Source: Candidatus Obscuribacterales bacterium (GTDB taxonomy: Bacteria > Cyanobacteriota > Vampirovibrionia > Obscuribacterales > Obscuribacteraceae). Taken from it: a DNA stretch of 64,000 bases. The notes beneath the pieces were generated by a model. It was not told the DNA's origin and ran no database searches. It was given only the letters and a program-made list of their open reading frames with translations. The position numbers and the translations under genes were made by a program. The stretch lies in assembly GCA_965228855.1 (NCBI GenBank), contig CBDDIJ010000002.1:2080001-2144000 (forward strand), in the 5' to 3' direction. Below, piece after piece: positions 37,624-47,325 of the stretch (position 1 is its first letter; each line of letters begins with the position of its first letter).

Positions 37624-38751
37624 TTACGCGTTGCCGTCTTTGTAGGCATTGTGCAATTGCCCGCAGGCCGCGTCAATATCGGTGCCGCGCTCCAATCTGA
37701 TGGTCACTGTCTTTCCAGAGCGCTCCGCTAATTCTTTGAATCGAAGTTGAGCATCGCGCGACGGGCGACCATAGTAAGCGGTGCCGTCTTCTGCGTAGGT
37801 CGGATTGTATGGTATCAGGTTGATGTTGCAATGCAGATCGCGAACCAGGTCGGCAAGCTGCTTGGCCTGGTCCGGTCGATCGGTTACGTCTTTCAAAAGC
37901 ACATACTCGATTGTTACACGACGTCCAGTGGTATCAACATAATCGCGGAGAGCATCAATCAAATCCGGAATCGGCCACTTCTTGGTGATCGGCACTACCT
38001 CCTCTCTCGTTTCCTTGTCCGGCGCATGCAGAGAGAGCGCGAGCGTTACTGGAAGGTTGACTTCGCGCAGGCGCTCGATACCAGGGATGATACCGGAGGT
38101 GGAAACGGTAATATGCCGACCGCCGATTCCAACCGAATTTATCATTGTGTTAATCGACTGAACAACATTCTCCGTGTTCAGCAGCGGTTCGCCCTGACCC
38201 ATGTAGACCAGGTTCGCCACTCGTTTTCCCGATTCTCGCTGGATTGATAAAACTTGATCGACGATTTCCTGCGAACTTAAATTTCTCATGAAACCGAGAT
38301 AGCCGGTCGCGCAAAATGTGCAGCCCACCGCGCAACCGACCTGGCTGGATACGCAAGCGGAGAGCGTGTCTCTGTCCTGAAAGCACATAAGAACGGACTC
38401 TACGAGCTTTCCATCGGGCAGGCGAAACAGATACTTGCGCGTTCCATCTTTGCTGACTTTTAGCGTTGCGATTTCAAGAGCCGAGATGCATGCCACCTCT
38501 TTGAGTTTCTCGCGAAATTCCGCTGAGAGGTTTGTCATCTCATCAAACGATTTTGCCCACTTCGCGTAAATCCAACTATGAATTTGATCGGCCCGAAAAG
38601 CTTTCTCTCCGAGCCCTTTGACGAATTCTTTCATTTCGTCGAGTGTAAGCCCCGACAGCGCAATTCGCCCGCTGCTGTCACGCAGCGGTTCTTTCACTTT
38701 GCTTTCGGATTCGTTCTGCTTGGTCAAATTCACTACCTGTCTCGGTTTCAA
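37624..38751 (-). CDS. rlmN: Dual-specificity rRNA/tRNA methyltransferase RlmN (radical SAM)
   Basis: SSQVGCAVGCTFCATG, MGQGEP, SLHAP and DIDAACGQL motifs. Confidence 0.95.
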   Translation of the reverse strand: MKPRQVVNLTKQNESESKVKEPLRDSSGRIALSGLTLDEMKEFVKGLGEKAFRADQIHSWIYAKWAKSFDEMTNLSAEFREKLKEVACISALEIATLKVSKDGTRKYLFRLPDGKLVESVLMCFQDRDTLSACVSSQVGCAVGCTFCATGYLGFMRNLSSQEIVDQVLSIQRESGKRVANLVYMGQGEPLLNTENVVQSINTMINSVGIGGRHITVSTSGIIPGIERLREVNLPVTLALSLHAPDKETREEVVPITKKWPIPDLIDALRDYVDTTGRRVTIEYVLLKDVTDRPDQAKQLADLVRDLHCNINLIPYNPTYAEDGTAYYGRPSRDAQLRFKELAERSGKTVTIRLERGTDIDAACGQLHNAYKDGNA

Positions 38752-39092
38752 TGCCGATTCGTCGATCGGCTCGAGCGGTTCAGTTGGACAAAATTGGTTT
38801 AAACCCTGATTATTACCGTCTCATGATAAGCCAACCTACTGACTTCAATCCATTTCTGTTGCGTAACTTTACCGACCAATCGGCGGGCGTGCACCCTGCA
38901 TTCGCGACTGCACGTACCAAAAACGCAATACCAGCAGCCCTTTATGCCATATGTAAGAAGAGCCAATGATAAAATTGGTCCTTTCTTTTCTGAATGTTTT
39001 TAGTGCCAAGGGCGCCCCAGCGGATTAATGCGCGCTAAGATACGGTTTTAGAGAAAAAGTGCTTTAGGTTAGACCTTTGGGGGAACCATCGG

Positions 39093-42000
39093 ATGGATTG
39101 GGATGAGCGGGGAAGACAATGGCTTCGGGGTCTCTTTGGAGATACCAACGAGAAACGGCTGAAGCAACTGCAGCCCATTCTTGAGCGCGCCAACATGTTG
39201 GAGCCCGAGATACAGCGACTCTCAGAAGACGATCTGAAGCGCAAGACCGTTGAGTTCCGCACCAAGATCGACAATGCTATGCGTGAGACACCGGACGTCA
39301 AGCTGATTCCGGACGACGCTCCCAAAATGCCCGGTCATATTAGGACGAAAAAGGACGAAGTCCTCGGGCAGATCCTCGAAGAAATTATGCCTGAGGCGTT
39401 CGCCGTGTGCCGCGCTGCGTCAATGAATGTACTGGGCATGCGCCACTTCGATGTGCAGTTGCTTGGCGGAGCCGCGCTGCACTTCAATAAAATTTCCGAA
39501 ATGCGTACTGGTGAAGGTAAGACGCTCGTTGCAACTCTTCCTGTTTATCTAAACGGTTTGACCGGCCGCGGCGTTCACGTCGTCACCGTTAATGATTACC
39601 TCGCTCGTCGTGACTCTGAATGGATGGGCTTGTTGTACCGATATCTTGGTCTCACCACCGGTCTGGTCTATAGCCATCAGCCCGACTGGGAAAAGAAGGC
39701 CGCGTATGCAACTGATATCACATACGGTACCAACCATGAATTCGGTTTCGACTACCTGCGCGACAACATGCGCACCAGCCTCGATGACCTCGTTCAACGT
39801 CCTTATTACTTCGCGATTGTTGACGAAGTCGATAACATCCTGATCGACGAAGCGAGAACACCGCTTATCATCTCTGGCGCTCCAGCCGAGTCTTACACTG
39901 AGATTTATAAACGCATGGCGCAACTCGCTCCATTGATGGAGCGTGGTCGCGACAAGGATGATGAAGATTGCGACTACTTCGTGGACGAGAAGGCGAGGAA
40001 CGTTCTTGTCACCGAGCGTGGTGTCATAAACGCCGAGAAGCTGCTCGGAGTCAACGACCTCTGGGACATGCACTTCAACTTCCACCACTACCTCGTCCAG
40101 GCTCTCAAAGCTAAGGAGCTGTTCCAACTCGACAAAGAGTATGTGGTGGCGCCAAACGAAGAAGGACAAATGGAAGTCGTCATCGTTGACGAATTTACCG
40201 GTCGTATGATGCAAGGTCGTCGCTGGAGCGATGGTCTGCACCAGGCTGTTGAAGCGAAGGAAGGCGTTGCGATCCAAGAAGAGACGATGACTTATGCGTC
40301 TATCACGTATCAAAACCTTTTCCGCCTATATCCGAAGCTGGCTGGAATGACCGGTACGGCTATGACTGAAGCGGCTGAATTCAACAAGATCTACAACCTT
40401 GATGTTGTTGCGATTCCTACGAACAAAAACTCGATTCGGACAGACAAATCAGACGTCATCTACAAGACTGAGCGGCAGAAATACTTCTCGTGCGTAGAAG
40501 AAATCGTCGAGATGCACGAACTCGGCCGTCCAGTATTGGTGGGTACTGTCAGTATCGAGAAGTCGGAACTGATCGCTGACCTGCTCCGCACTCCGCACAA
40601 GATGAGCGAATACCTCGTCTCTAAAATCACAAAGGCTGCCGACTACATCAAGAACCGCGACCTCAGCGGTGATGCAATTGCCTCCTTGAAGAAGATCTTC
40701 GAGAGACCAGGCGCGGTCGACCCTGTCAAGCTTGAATCCGCTATCAAGGAAATCGAGAAAGACTTTCCGAAGAAGCATGAAGAGCTAATAGAGCGTCTCT
40801 ACTCGATCCATGTGACGGCACAGGTTGTTGCTTCCATCAGAAAGGGAATTCCGTTCAACGTGCTCAATGCCAAGCTGCACGAGAAGGAAGCCATGATCGT
40901 TGCTCAGGCTGGTCGAAAGGGTGCTGTGACGGTCGCAACCAACATGGCAGGTCGTGGTACCGACATCCTTCTAGGTGGCAACCCCGAATACCTGGCGAAG
41001 GAAGAGCTTAAAAAGCAAGGAATGGATGACGTGGAGTCGCCGGAGTATCAGGTGAAGCTCAAGGAATTGACTAAGAAGTTCAAGGCCGAAATTACCGAGA
41101 AAGAGCATGACGAGGTCGTCGCGTTAGGTGGTCTGCACATCCTCGGTACCGAGCGCCACGAGTCCCGTCGTATCGACAACCAGCTCCGCGGTCGCGCAGG
41201 CCGTCAGGGAGACCCTGGTTCCGCCCGCTTCTTCCTGTCGCTGGAAGATCAGCTGATGCGAATATTCGGCGGCGAGAAGATCGCGCAACTCATGGACTTC
41301 ATCGGTGCTGACGAAGAAATGCCGATCGAGCATAAGATGGTGACCAACTCGATCGAAAAGGCGCAGAAGAAGGTCGAAGCGCACCACTTCGACATGCGTA
41401 AGCACGTGTTGCAATACGACGATGTTTTAAACACCCAGCGCGAAGTTATTTATCGCGAACGTCGCCGCATCCTCGAAAATGCGGACTTGCGTGAGAACGT
41501 ACTCGACATGCTTCACGAGCACCTCGACCTGGTTCTCTCCGCTAATCTCGATGCCGAAAGCCCTCCGGAAGTTTGGGAAGAGCAGGGCATGCCGGAGTTG
41601 CTCATCGCATTGGAAAACGATATTCCGATGATGGGTTCGATCACTATGGCCGAACTCGGCGGACTTCACTATGAAGACTTGAGAAAGAAACTGCACGCAG
41701 CAATCGAACAAGCCTACGTAGTGCGTGAAGAAGAAGTCGGTAAAGAGACGCTGCGTGAATTGGAACGTCAGGTTCTTCTTCGCACCATCGACACTAAGTG
41801 GGTCGACTATCTGCATAACATCGACATCCTCAGAGAAGGCGTTGGGCTGCGGGGCTATGGTCAACGTGATCCGCTTCAAGAGTACAAACGCGAAGCGTAC
41901 GACATGTTCAACATGTTGTTGAGAAACATCCAGCAAGAATCGATTCAGCTCATCTTCCGCGCTCAGCCGATGAATCGTCCCGAGCACGGAATGGGTGATA

Positions 42001-42446
42001 TGAGCGATGAACTCCCGCCAGAACTTGTCCAGTGGCTGGCTGAAAATCACATTGATTTGACGAATCTCTCACAGCTCGACACGGACGATCTCTCTCCTGC
42101 GTTGAAGGAAGCGATGGAACTCGCAGCTCGTGGTGAAGACCCATCTCAGGCTTTACAAGTCCAGATCGAAGAGATCAAAGAGACGGAAACTTCTCACGAG
42201 ATTCACGTCGAAGGCATCGTGGCTGGTATCGCTCCAACTCCGGATGATTTGGCTAAGGACATCGATCAGAACGTCTCTGCGAAATCCGGTGACGGGAAGA
42301 GCGAGGACGGAACAGGTTCTGACGCAAGCGCCCAGAAGACTGAGGTCAATGGTTCCAACAACGATCAGTCTGAAGCCAACGGAGCCAAGACGGACGACAC
42401 CACCGATGGTGGTAGCGTCTCTGAGAAGGAATCCGTAGCGAAGTAG
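39093..42446 (+). CDS. secA: Preprotein translocase subunit SecA
   Basis: EMRTGEGKT, VTVNDYLA, IVDEVD, ATNMAGRGTDI, NQLRGRAGRQGDPG and QRDPLQEYK motifs. Confidence 0.98.
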   Translation: MDWDERGRQWLRGLFGDTNEKRLKQLQPILERANMLEPEIQRLSEDDLKRKTVEFRTKIDNAMRETPDVKLIPDDAPKMPGHIRTKKDEVLGQILEEIMPEAFAVCRAASMNVLGMRHFDVQLLGGAALHFNKISEMRTGEGKTLVATLPVYLNGLTGRGVHVVTVNDYLARRDSEWMGLLYRYLGLTTGLVYSHQPDWEKKAAYATDITYGTNHEFGFDYLRDNMRTSLDDLVQRPYYFAIVDEVDNILIDEARTPLIISGAPAESYTEIYKRMAQLAPLMERGRDKDDEDCDYFVDEKARNVLVTERGVINAEKLLGVNDLWDMHFNFHHYLVQALKAKELFQLDKEYVVAPNEEGQMEVVIVDEFTGRMMQGRRWSDGLHQAVEAKEGVAIQEETMTYASITYQNLFRLYPKLAGMTGTAMTEAAEFNKIYNLDVVAIPTNKNSIRTDKSDVIYKTERQKYFSCVEEIVEMHELGRPVLVGTVSIEKSELIADLLRTPHKMSEYLVSKITKAADYIKNRDLSGDAIASLKKIFERPGAVDPVKLESAIKEIEKDFPKKHEELIERLYSIHVTAQVVASIRKGIPFNVLNAKLHEKEAMIVAQAGRKGAVTVATNMAGRGTDILLGGNPEYLAKEELKKQGMDDVESPEYQVKLKELTKKFKAEITEKEHDEVVALGGLHILGTERHESRRIDNQLRGRAGRQGDPGSARFFLSLEDQLMRIFGGEKIAQLMDFIGADEEMPIEHKMVTNSIEKAQKKVEAHHFDMRKHVLQYDDVLNTQREVIYRERRRILENADLRENVLDMLHEHLDLVLSANLDAESPPEVWEEQGMPELLIALENDIPMMGSITMAELGGLHYEDLRKKLHAAIEQAYVVREEEVGKETLRELERQVLLRTIDTKWVDYLHNIDILREGVGLRGYGQRDPLQEYKREAYDMFNMLLRNIQQESIQLIFRAQPMNRPEHGMGDMSDELPPELVQWLAENHIDLTNLSQLDTDDLSPALKEAMELAARGEDPSQALQVQIEEIKETETSHEIHVEGIVAGIAPTPDDLAKDIDQNVSAKSGDGKSEDGTGSDASAQKTEVNGSNNDQSEANGAKTDDTTDGGSVSEKESVAK

Positions 42447-42457
42447 CTGCAAACGCC

Positions 42458-43207
42458 ATGAGAACTCTATCTTTCGATACCAGCAATCCGGTTCTGACGG
42501 TTGCACTGATGGAAGACGGCAAAATCGTCTCGAGTCGGCGCTTGGTCCCGCCGGAATCCACCAGGCAAGAAGCAGTCAGTCAGCTTATGCCCACAATCGA
42601 CGACATCACCGCGAAACAGAATTGGTCTCGCGAGAGCATCGATTTGATTATTGTCGGTGTTGGTCCGGGTAGTTTTACCGGAATGAGAACTTGTGTGGTG
42701 ACCGCTCGCACACTCGCTCAAGCGCTCGGCGTCGGCTTAATTGGCGTTGATTCACTGCGTTGTTACGCGTCGATTTTGCCGTTGCCCTCAACGATCGTTC
42801 TCTCTGGTGGGCGCGGGCATTACTTCATCGCTTCCTACTCTTCAGCGGGCAACGGAAAGGACCACTGGGAGCCGGGCGACGCGAACATAAAAATCGATTC
42901 AGAACCGAGCTGCCTGGTGGGTGATGATTTCTTGTCTGCGGTGAAGCAGGCTCGGAGCTGTTTTGTTGAACCTAAGATCTTGGATGAAGTGCGAGCTCAC
43001 AATTCCGAGGCAAAAGCCATACCTGAAGAACTAAACCTGGCGGTGATTCAGGCGGAACTTGCGAACAGTGAATTCGGTTTGATTGACAAAGATCGTGACA
43101 AGTTGAAAACGATATATGCGTTCGATAGAGTTGAGCCGTTATACTTGCGTGGTGCTTCTATTACGTTAAAACCAAATGCCGGTGAGCAAGCAGGACATAG
43201 GAATTAG
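42458..43207 (+). CDS. tsaB: tRNA threonylcarbamoyladenosine biosynthesis protein TsaB
   Basis: LSFDTS, GVGPGSFTGMR and EPLYLR motifs. Adjacent to rimI. Confidence 0.93.
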   Translation: MRTLSFDTSNPVLTVALMEDGKIVSSRRLVPPESTRQEAVSQLMPTIDDITAKQNWSRESIDLIIVGVGPGSFTGMRTCVVTARTLAQALGVGLIGVDSLRCYASILPLPSTIVLSGGRGHYFIASYSSAGNGKDHWEPGDANIKIDSEPSCLVGDDFLSAVKQARSCFVEPKILDEVRAHNSEAKAIPEELNLAVIQAELANSEFGLIDKDRDKLKTIYAFDRVEPLYLRGASITLKPNAGEQAGHRN

Positions 43208-43790
43208 AGCGCTGGAATTAAACGACCTCGACGGAATCATGTCCATCGAGCCGGCTGTTTATGGTGCGCACCATTGGTCCAGGCAATCTTTTATAAATGA
43301 ACTGACTAATCCTGCTGGTAGTTACTTCGGTGCGATCAGTCCCGAAGACGGTTCCATAATCGGCTATTCCGGCTTCTGGCTCGTTCAAGATGAAGCACAC
43401 GTGACGACCCTTGCCGTTCATCCGGATCATCGTCGTAAGAAAATCGGCGAGCGATTGCTCATCCAGGTAATTATGGAAGCCCGCAAGTTGGGTGCAAATC
43501 GCCTGACCCTGGAAGTTCGCGCATCGAACGAAGCGGCGCAGAACCTGTATTACAAATATAATTTCCGCCGCCTGGGAGTGCGCCCTCGTTACTATCAGGA
43601 CAACAGCGAAGATGCTTTCATCTTATGGACCGACCGCGTTGCTGAAATGAATTTTGCGAATATGTTTATCGAACGTCTCGAGGAGTTCAATTTGCCGACA
43701 GATGGCATACTCGAGCTGTTCCTCGGGCCGACCGCCTCGCCCACCTGGCGAGCTGAAGAAAGTATTATGCCGAGTCGGGCGACAGCCTAG
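43176..43790 (+). CDS. rimI: Ribosomal protein alanine N-acetyltransferase
   Basis: EAHVTTLAVHP, LEVRASN and RPRYYQDNSEDA motifs. Confidence 0.93.
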   Translation: MPVSKQDIGIRALELNDLDGIMSIEPAVYGAHHWSRQSFINELTNPAGSYFGAISPEDGSIIGYSGFWLVQDEAHVTTLAVHPDHRRKKIGERLLIQVIMEARKLGANRLTLEVRASNEAAQNLYYKYNFRRLGVRPRYYQDNSEDAFILWTDRVAEMNFANMFIERLEEFNLPTDGILELFLGPTASPTWRAEESIMPSRATA

Positions 43791-43908
43791 CGGCAAAAGT
43801 TTCTATGAACTGATTTCTATGCAGAATCTATCGCCTTGAAACTCAAAATCAGGCATAATTCTTTAGATCCGTTCCGTTGGACGAATTTCAGGTCTAACTC
43901 CAAAATTG

Positions 43909-44757
43909 ATGATGAGGTCCGAAAGCTTGCATCTGGTCGGTAGCGAAATCAGAAGACACCCTGGAGTTAAACGGAAGTCGCTGCTCGGGCAAATCGTGCT
44001 GGTGATGCTGGGAGTGCAGGTCGCGTTGTTCGGTTCGTTCACCTGCTTCGACTTGCCGACTGGAACAGGCAGCAATCTGGTTAAATACGCTCACCGCGAA
44101 ACCAGAAATCTCGTTCTGATGACACCTGCTCAGGTGCAGGATAAAGTCAGGCAATATGCGCCGGCTATATTTGATGAGCCTCAGGCGGTCCGCTATTCCA
44201 CATATGTTCCGCTTGCTCCCACTGCCATTCTGATTGGCTATGTTCTGGGACCTCGTCTGGCGCTCTGGTCAATCGGGCTTTTTCTCGGTCTCGGCATTGC
44301 CGGACCGCTGCTGGGAATTTACCCGCTCGCTTCGGGCGGCGGCGTCAATTACTACCTTGAGCCCGGATTCGGCTATCTGCTCGGTATGTTCGGAGCGGCC
44401 GGCATGTGCGGCTGGATTACCAATAAGCGCCGCACGTCTCTTACACAGATCGTCGGCGTCGCCGCTGGTATCATCGCTATCCATGCAGCCGGCTGTGCCT
44501 ATTTGATTTGCTCGTATCTCTATTTTTACGTTTTTGAAGGCTCGAAAGCCTACCTCGAATGGCAGCCCTGGATCTTCCAGTACATGAGGAATCTCAGCTG
44601 GTACGCCTTGCCGTACGACGCCGTCCTTGCGCTGGCTGCTGTGGGAATTGCATTCCCGTTCCGCTGGCTGGTTAACACTCTGACGATAACCGATGCCGCT
44701 CCTACGCCAAAGAAAGTAAAATACGATCGAAGGGCACTGGAAGAGTTGGCTCGGTAA
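43909..44757 (+). CDS. bioY: Biotin transporter BioY-family membrane protein
   Basis: LGPR, GGG.NYYLEPGFGYLLG and IHAAG motifs with multiple TM helices. Confidence 0.8.
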   Translation: MMRSESLHLVGSEIRRHPGVKRKSLLGQIVLVMLGVQVALFGSFTCFDLPTGTGSNLVKYAHRETRNLVLMTPAQVQDKVRQYAPAIFDEPQAVRYSTYVPLAPTAILIGYVLGPRLALWSIGLFLGLGIAGPLLGIYPLASGGGVNYYLEPGFGYLLGMFGAAGMCGWITNKRRTSLTQIVGVAAGIIAIHAAGCAYLICSYLYFYVFEGSKAYLEWQPWIFQYMRNLSWYALPYDAVLALAAVGIAFPFRWLVNTLTITDAAPTPKKVKYDRRALEELAR

Positions 44758-44761
44758 TTAG

Positions 44762-45820
44762 ATGCGAAAACCAATTTTGATATCTCTTGGACTTGCGGCA
44801 CTTGGAGCCGGAGTATACGCGTATGCTTGCCGGGAAACGCGGCAATATCGACGCGAATTTATTCGCGCCGGTAACCGAGCTTCTGAGGGGAAACAATTAA
44901 CGCTTGACGGCAAAAAACGTCGTGAGCTCGGAATGCTTGAAGGCGCGCGTCATTCCGAAGCCTCCTCTCAAATTATTTCGTCGACCCGCGATATTGCGCC
45001 TGCGCCTGACGATGGCGTCAAGCGACTTCGCATCCTTCATATTTCGGATCTGCATCTTGCCCGCAATGAGGTGCAAAGCAAGCTCGACTTCCTGGCTGAA
45101 GTTACAGATGACGAATACGATTTTGTCTTTTTGACAGGCGATATATTCCAACATGATGAGTCGATAAAACACGCCAGGCACCTGTTATCGCGCAAACCGC
45201 GCATCGGTGCCTATGCGGTTCTCGGCAATCACGACTATTACCGCTATTCGATGTGGAACAAAATCGTCGGACGAATTTTTCCAAGCATGCGGCATCCGGC
45301 GAAAATTACTCGCGATGTGAAACCGCTTGTGAGAGCTTTGAAGAACGTAGGCTACGATGTTTTGCTTAACGAGGCGCGTTATCTGGAAGACACCGAGATC
45401 TGCCTGGTTGGCGTTGATTGGCCTGGTATCAGAAAGAATAAACTGTTGGAGCTTGTTTCTCGCTCGCCTGGAGATTGGCTTGTGATAGCGCTCTTCCATT
45501 TGCCGCGAGACCTGGAATTCTACAATGACGCGGGTGTTCATTACGCTTTCGGGGGCCATACACACGGTGGCCAAATTCGCGTTCCAGGCTATGGACCGAT
45601 TATCACGGATTCGGAACTTGCGCGCCATGAGGCCTCTGGTATCACATATAGAGGCAGGACTACTTTCCACATTTCTCGTGGTTTAGGCGCCGATCCAAGA
45701 ACCAACTTCCGTTTATTCTGTCCGCCACAAGCAAGCGTCATCGAAATAGAGGTGCCCGCGAATTGCTCTCTCGCCAATCGCATGGACTTTTCGGTCATAG
45801 GCGCACCGGAAAGAGTTTGA
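44762..45820 (+). CDS. Calcineurin-like metallophosphoesterase (YkuE-like)
   Basis: HISDLH, LTGD, LGNHD, GHTHGGQ and ISRGLG motifs, plus an N-terminal anchor. Confidence 0.92.
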   Translation: MRKPILISLGLAALGAGVYAYACRETRQYRREFIRAGNRASEGKQLTLDGKKRRELGMLEGARHSEASSQIISSTRDIAPAPDDGVKRLRILHISDLHLARNEVQSKLDFLAEVTDDEYDFVFLTGDIFQHDESIKHARHLLSRKPRIGAYAVLGNHDYYRYSMWNKIVGRIFPSMRHPAKITRDVKPLVRALKNVGYDVLLNEARYLEDTEICLVGVDWPGIRKNKLLELVSRSPGDWLVIALFHLPRDLEFYNDAGVHYAFGGHTHGGQIRVPGYGPIITDSELARHEASGITYRGRTTFHISRGLGADPRTNFRLFCPPQASVIEIEVPANCSLANRMDFSVIGAPERV

Positions 45821-45829
45821 GTCGCGCGC

Positions 45830-47134
45830 TCAATTAGTTTTTGATTGATCGGATATCCATTTGAGCACCGTTTGCAGTTTGGCGACTTCGAGTGTGATTT
45901 TTCCAGCTTCGTCACACACGCTCTTGCTGTCTGGCGCTGACTTGTCCAGATTTCCGTAGAGGTTCGCTATGCTCTCGTCAATCCGGTCAAGACTCTTTTG
46001 CCACTGGTCGGCGAGGACATCGCTGCCAATGTCTTTGCCGGCAGTGGCATCGAAGCTTCGTATTGCCGGGGCTGCGCTTCGAAGGGCGGTGGACATCGCT
46101 TCAATCGATGCCGCTCGTATAAGCAGCACTGCGTCTTTCGACTTGCCGAGATTGGGATCCGTAGAGTTTCCTTGAGCAAAATCCGAACTGGCATTGCCAT
46201 TTGACGCCACCCTGACGTTGGCCTGGGACGAAGAAAAGTCGCGGTTCAATTGATCGCATTCGAGTTTGACTTGCTCGATTGTCGCTCTTACATCCAGTAT
46301 TATTTCAGCGTTGAGCGGCACGTTGTTGTCGAAAGTTTCGAGTTTTCGTCTGAGCGATTCGCTCATGACTGCTGCGGATCCAATAGTCTTTGTTTCCGCG
46401 CATGCAAGTGTTGTTTCTTTGCCGAGAAAGAACATACTATCGGTTATGTCTGCATTGCTTATCAGTTTCTCCACGTGTACAAGCGAATTCAGTTCGTCTT
46501 GCTGGAAAATTAGCCACTCTATCGGCATCTTCGAGTCGCTGTCGACGGCAAGTCTCTGGTGTACGCGATTGTCATTGCCCACCAGTTCTAGTATGTAAAC
46601 GGGTGGTAAACCTGGATATGCGCACGGTTTTGGTGTCGCGAGAAGTTTTTCTCCGGCTGTGACTTTTGAAACTCCTTCCAGCAATGAAGCCAGATCGGAT
46701 TCGACCACGCTATATCCATTGCTGGTCTTAAGGAGTTTAGATGTTGGTGCAAGGGAAACTGTGACACCGCCCATGAAACCACCGGCTTTCGCCTTGATTT
46801 TGCCGTCAGGTTGTCTCACCACGACAGAGCCCGTTCGTCTACCCGCTGCGAGCGCTTCGAATCGCATCAGATTTGGAGTCTTGAAATAAAAACGCCCCCG
46901 CTCTGTCACACCCTTTTTCTTGGAGTAGGTAGTCAGCGTCGATTCGTACCAGTAGCTGCGCATGGATTTGGCTTTCTCAATCAAAGTCTTGAGAAGGGCC
47001 GATCCATCCATGGCGCCGAACTTTCCAATGACAATGCTTTCCGCGGTCTGTTTGTCAGAAGACGCGAATGCGCTAGTGCCACTGGAGATAATTGCTATCG
47101 CTAAAATAAAAGGACGAAAGCTGTTTTTATTCAT
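45830..47134 (-). CDS. Exported LolA-like/DUF1571-like protein with a helical C-terminal extension
   Basis: Signal peptide and a GRFYFKTPNLMRFE strand pattern typical of LolA-fold proteins. Confidence 0.6.
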   Translation of the reverse strand: MNKNSFRPFILAIAIISSGTSAFASSDKQTAESIVIGKFGAMDGSALLKTLIEKAKSMRSYWYESTLTTYSKKKGVTERGRFYFKTPNLMRFEALAAGRRTGSVVVRQPDGKIKAKAGGFMGGVTVSLAPTSKLLKTSNGYSVVESDLASLLEGVSKVTAGEKLLATPKPCAYPGLPPVYILELVGNDNRVHQRLAVDSDSKMPIEWLIFQQDELNSLVHVEKLISNADITDSMFFLGKETTLACAETKTIGSAAVMSESLRRKLETFDNNVPLNAEIILDVRATIEQVKLECDQLNRDFSSSQANVRVASNGNASSDFAQGNSTDPNLGKSKDAVLLIRAASIEAMSTALRSAAPAIRSFDATAGKDIGSDVLADQWQKSLDRIDESIANLYGNLDKSAPDSKSVCDEAGKITLEVAKLQTVLKWISDQSKTN

Positions 47135-47325
47135 GATTCTGATTCACGCTCGCTACTCGATTAGCCTATTCGAAATTGAAACTGGCGGCATCAATCGGGA
47201 GGAGGAGATCGCTACTAGATCAGGTTTCAAACAGACCGGACGATCAGTCTTGTAGCTGATGTGGATCCGCGTGCGCTCAATGTATAACTTTCAAGTAGTG
47301 AGTTTTCGCAGCGGAGACTGAGACG

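Noticed and set aside
39549..40313. Long antisense ORFs within secA (also 14744..15403 and 35033..35722 in other genes)
   Set aside because: They lie opposite well-supported genes, show no recognisable motifs, and are expected from codon bias.
40587..40838. SecA insertion as an intein
   Set aside because: No Cys/Ser start, no His-Asn end, and too short.
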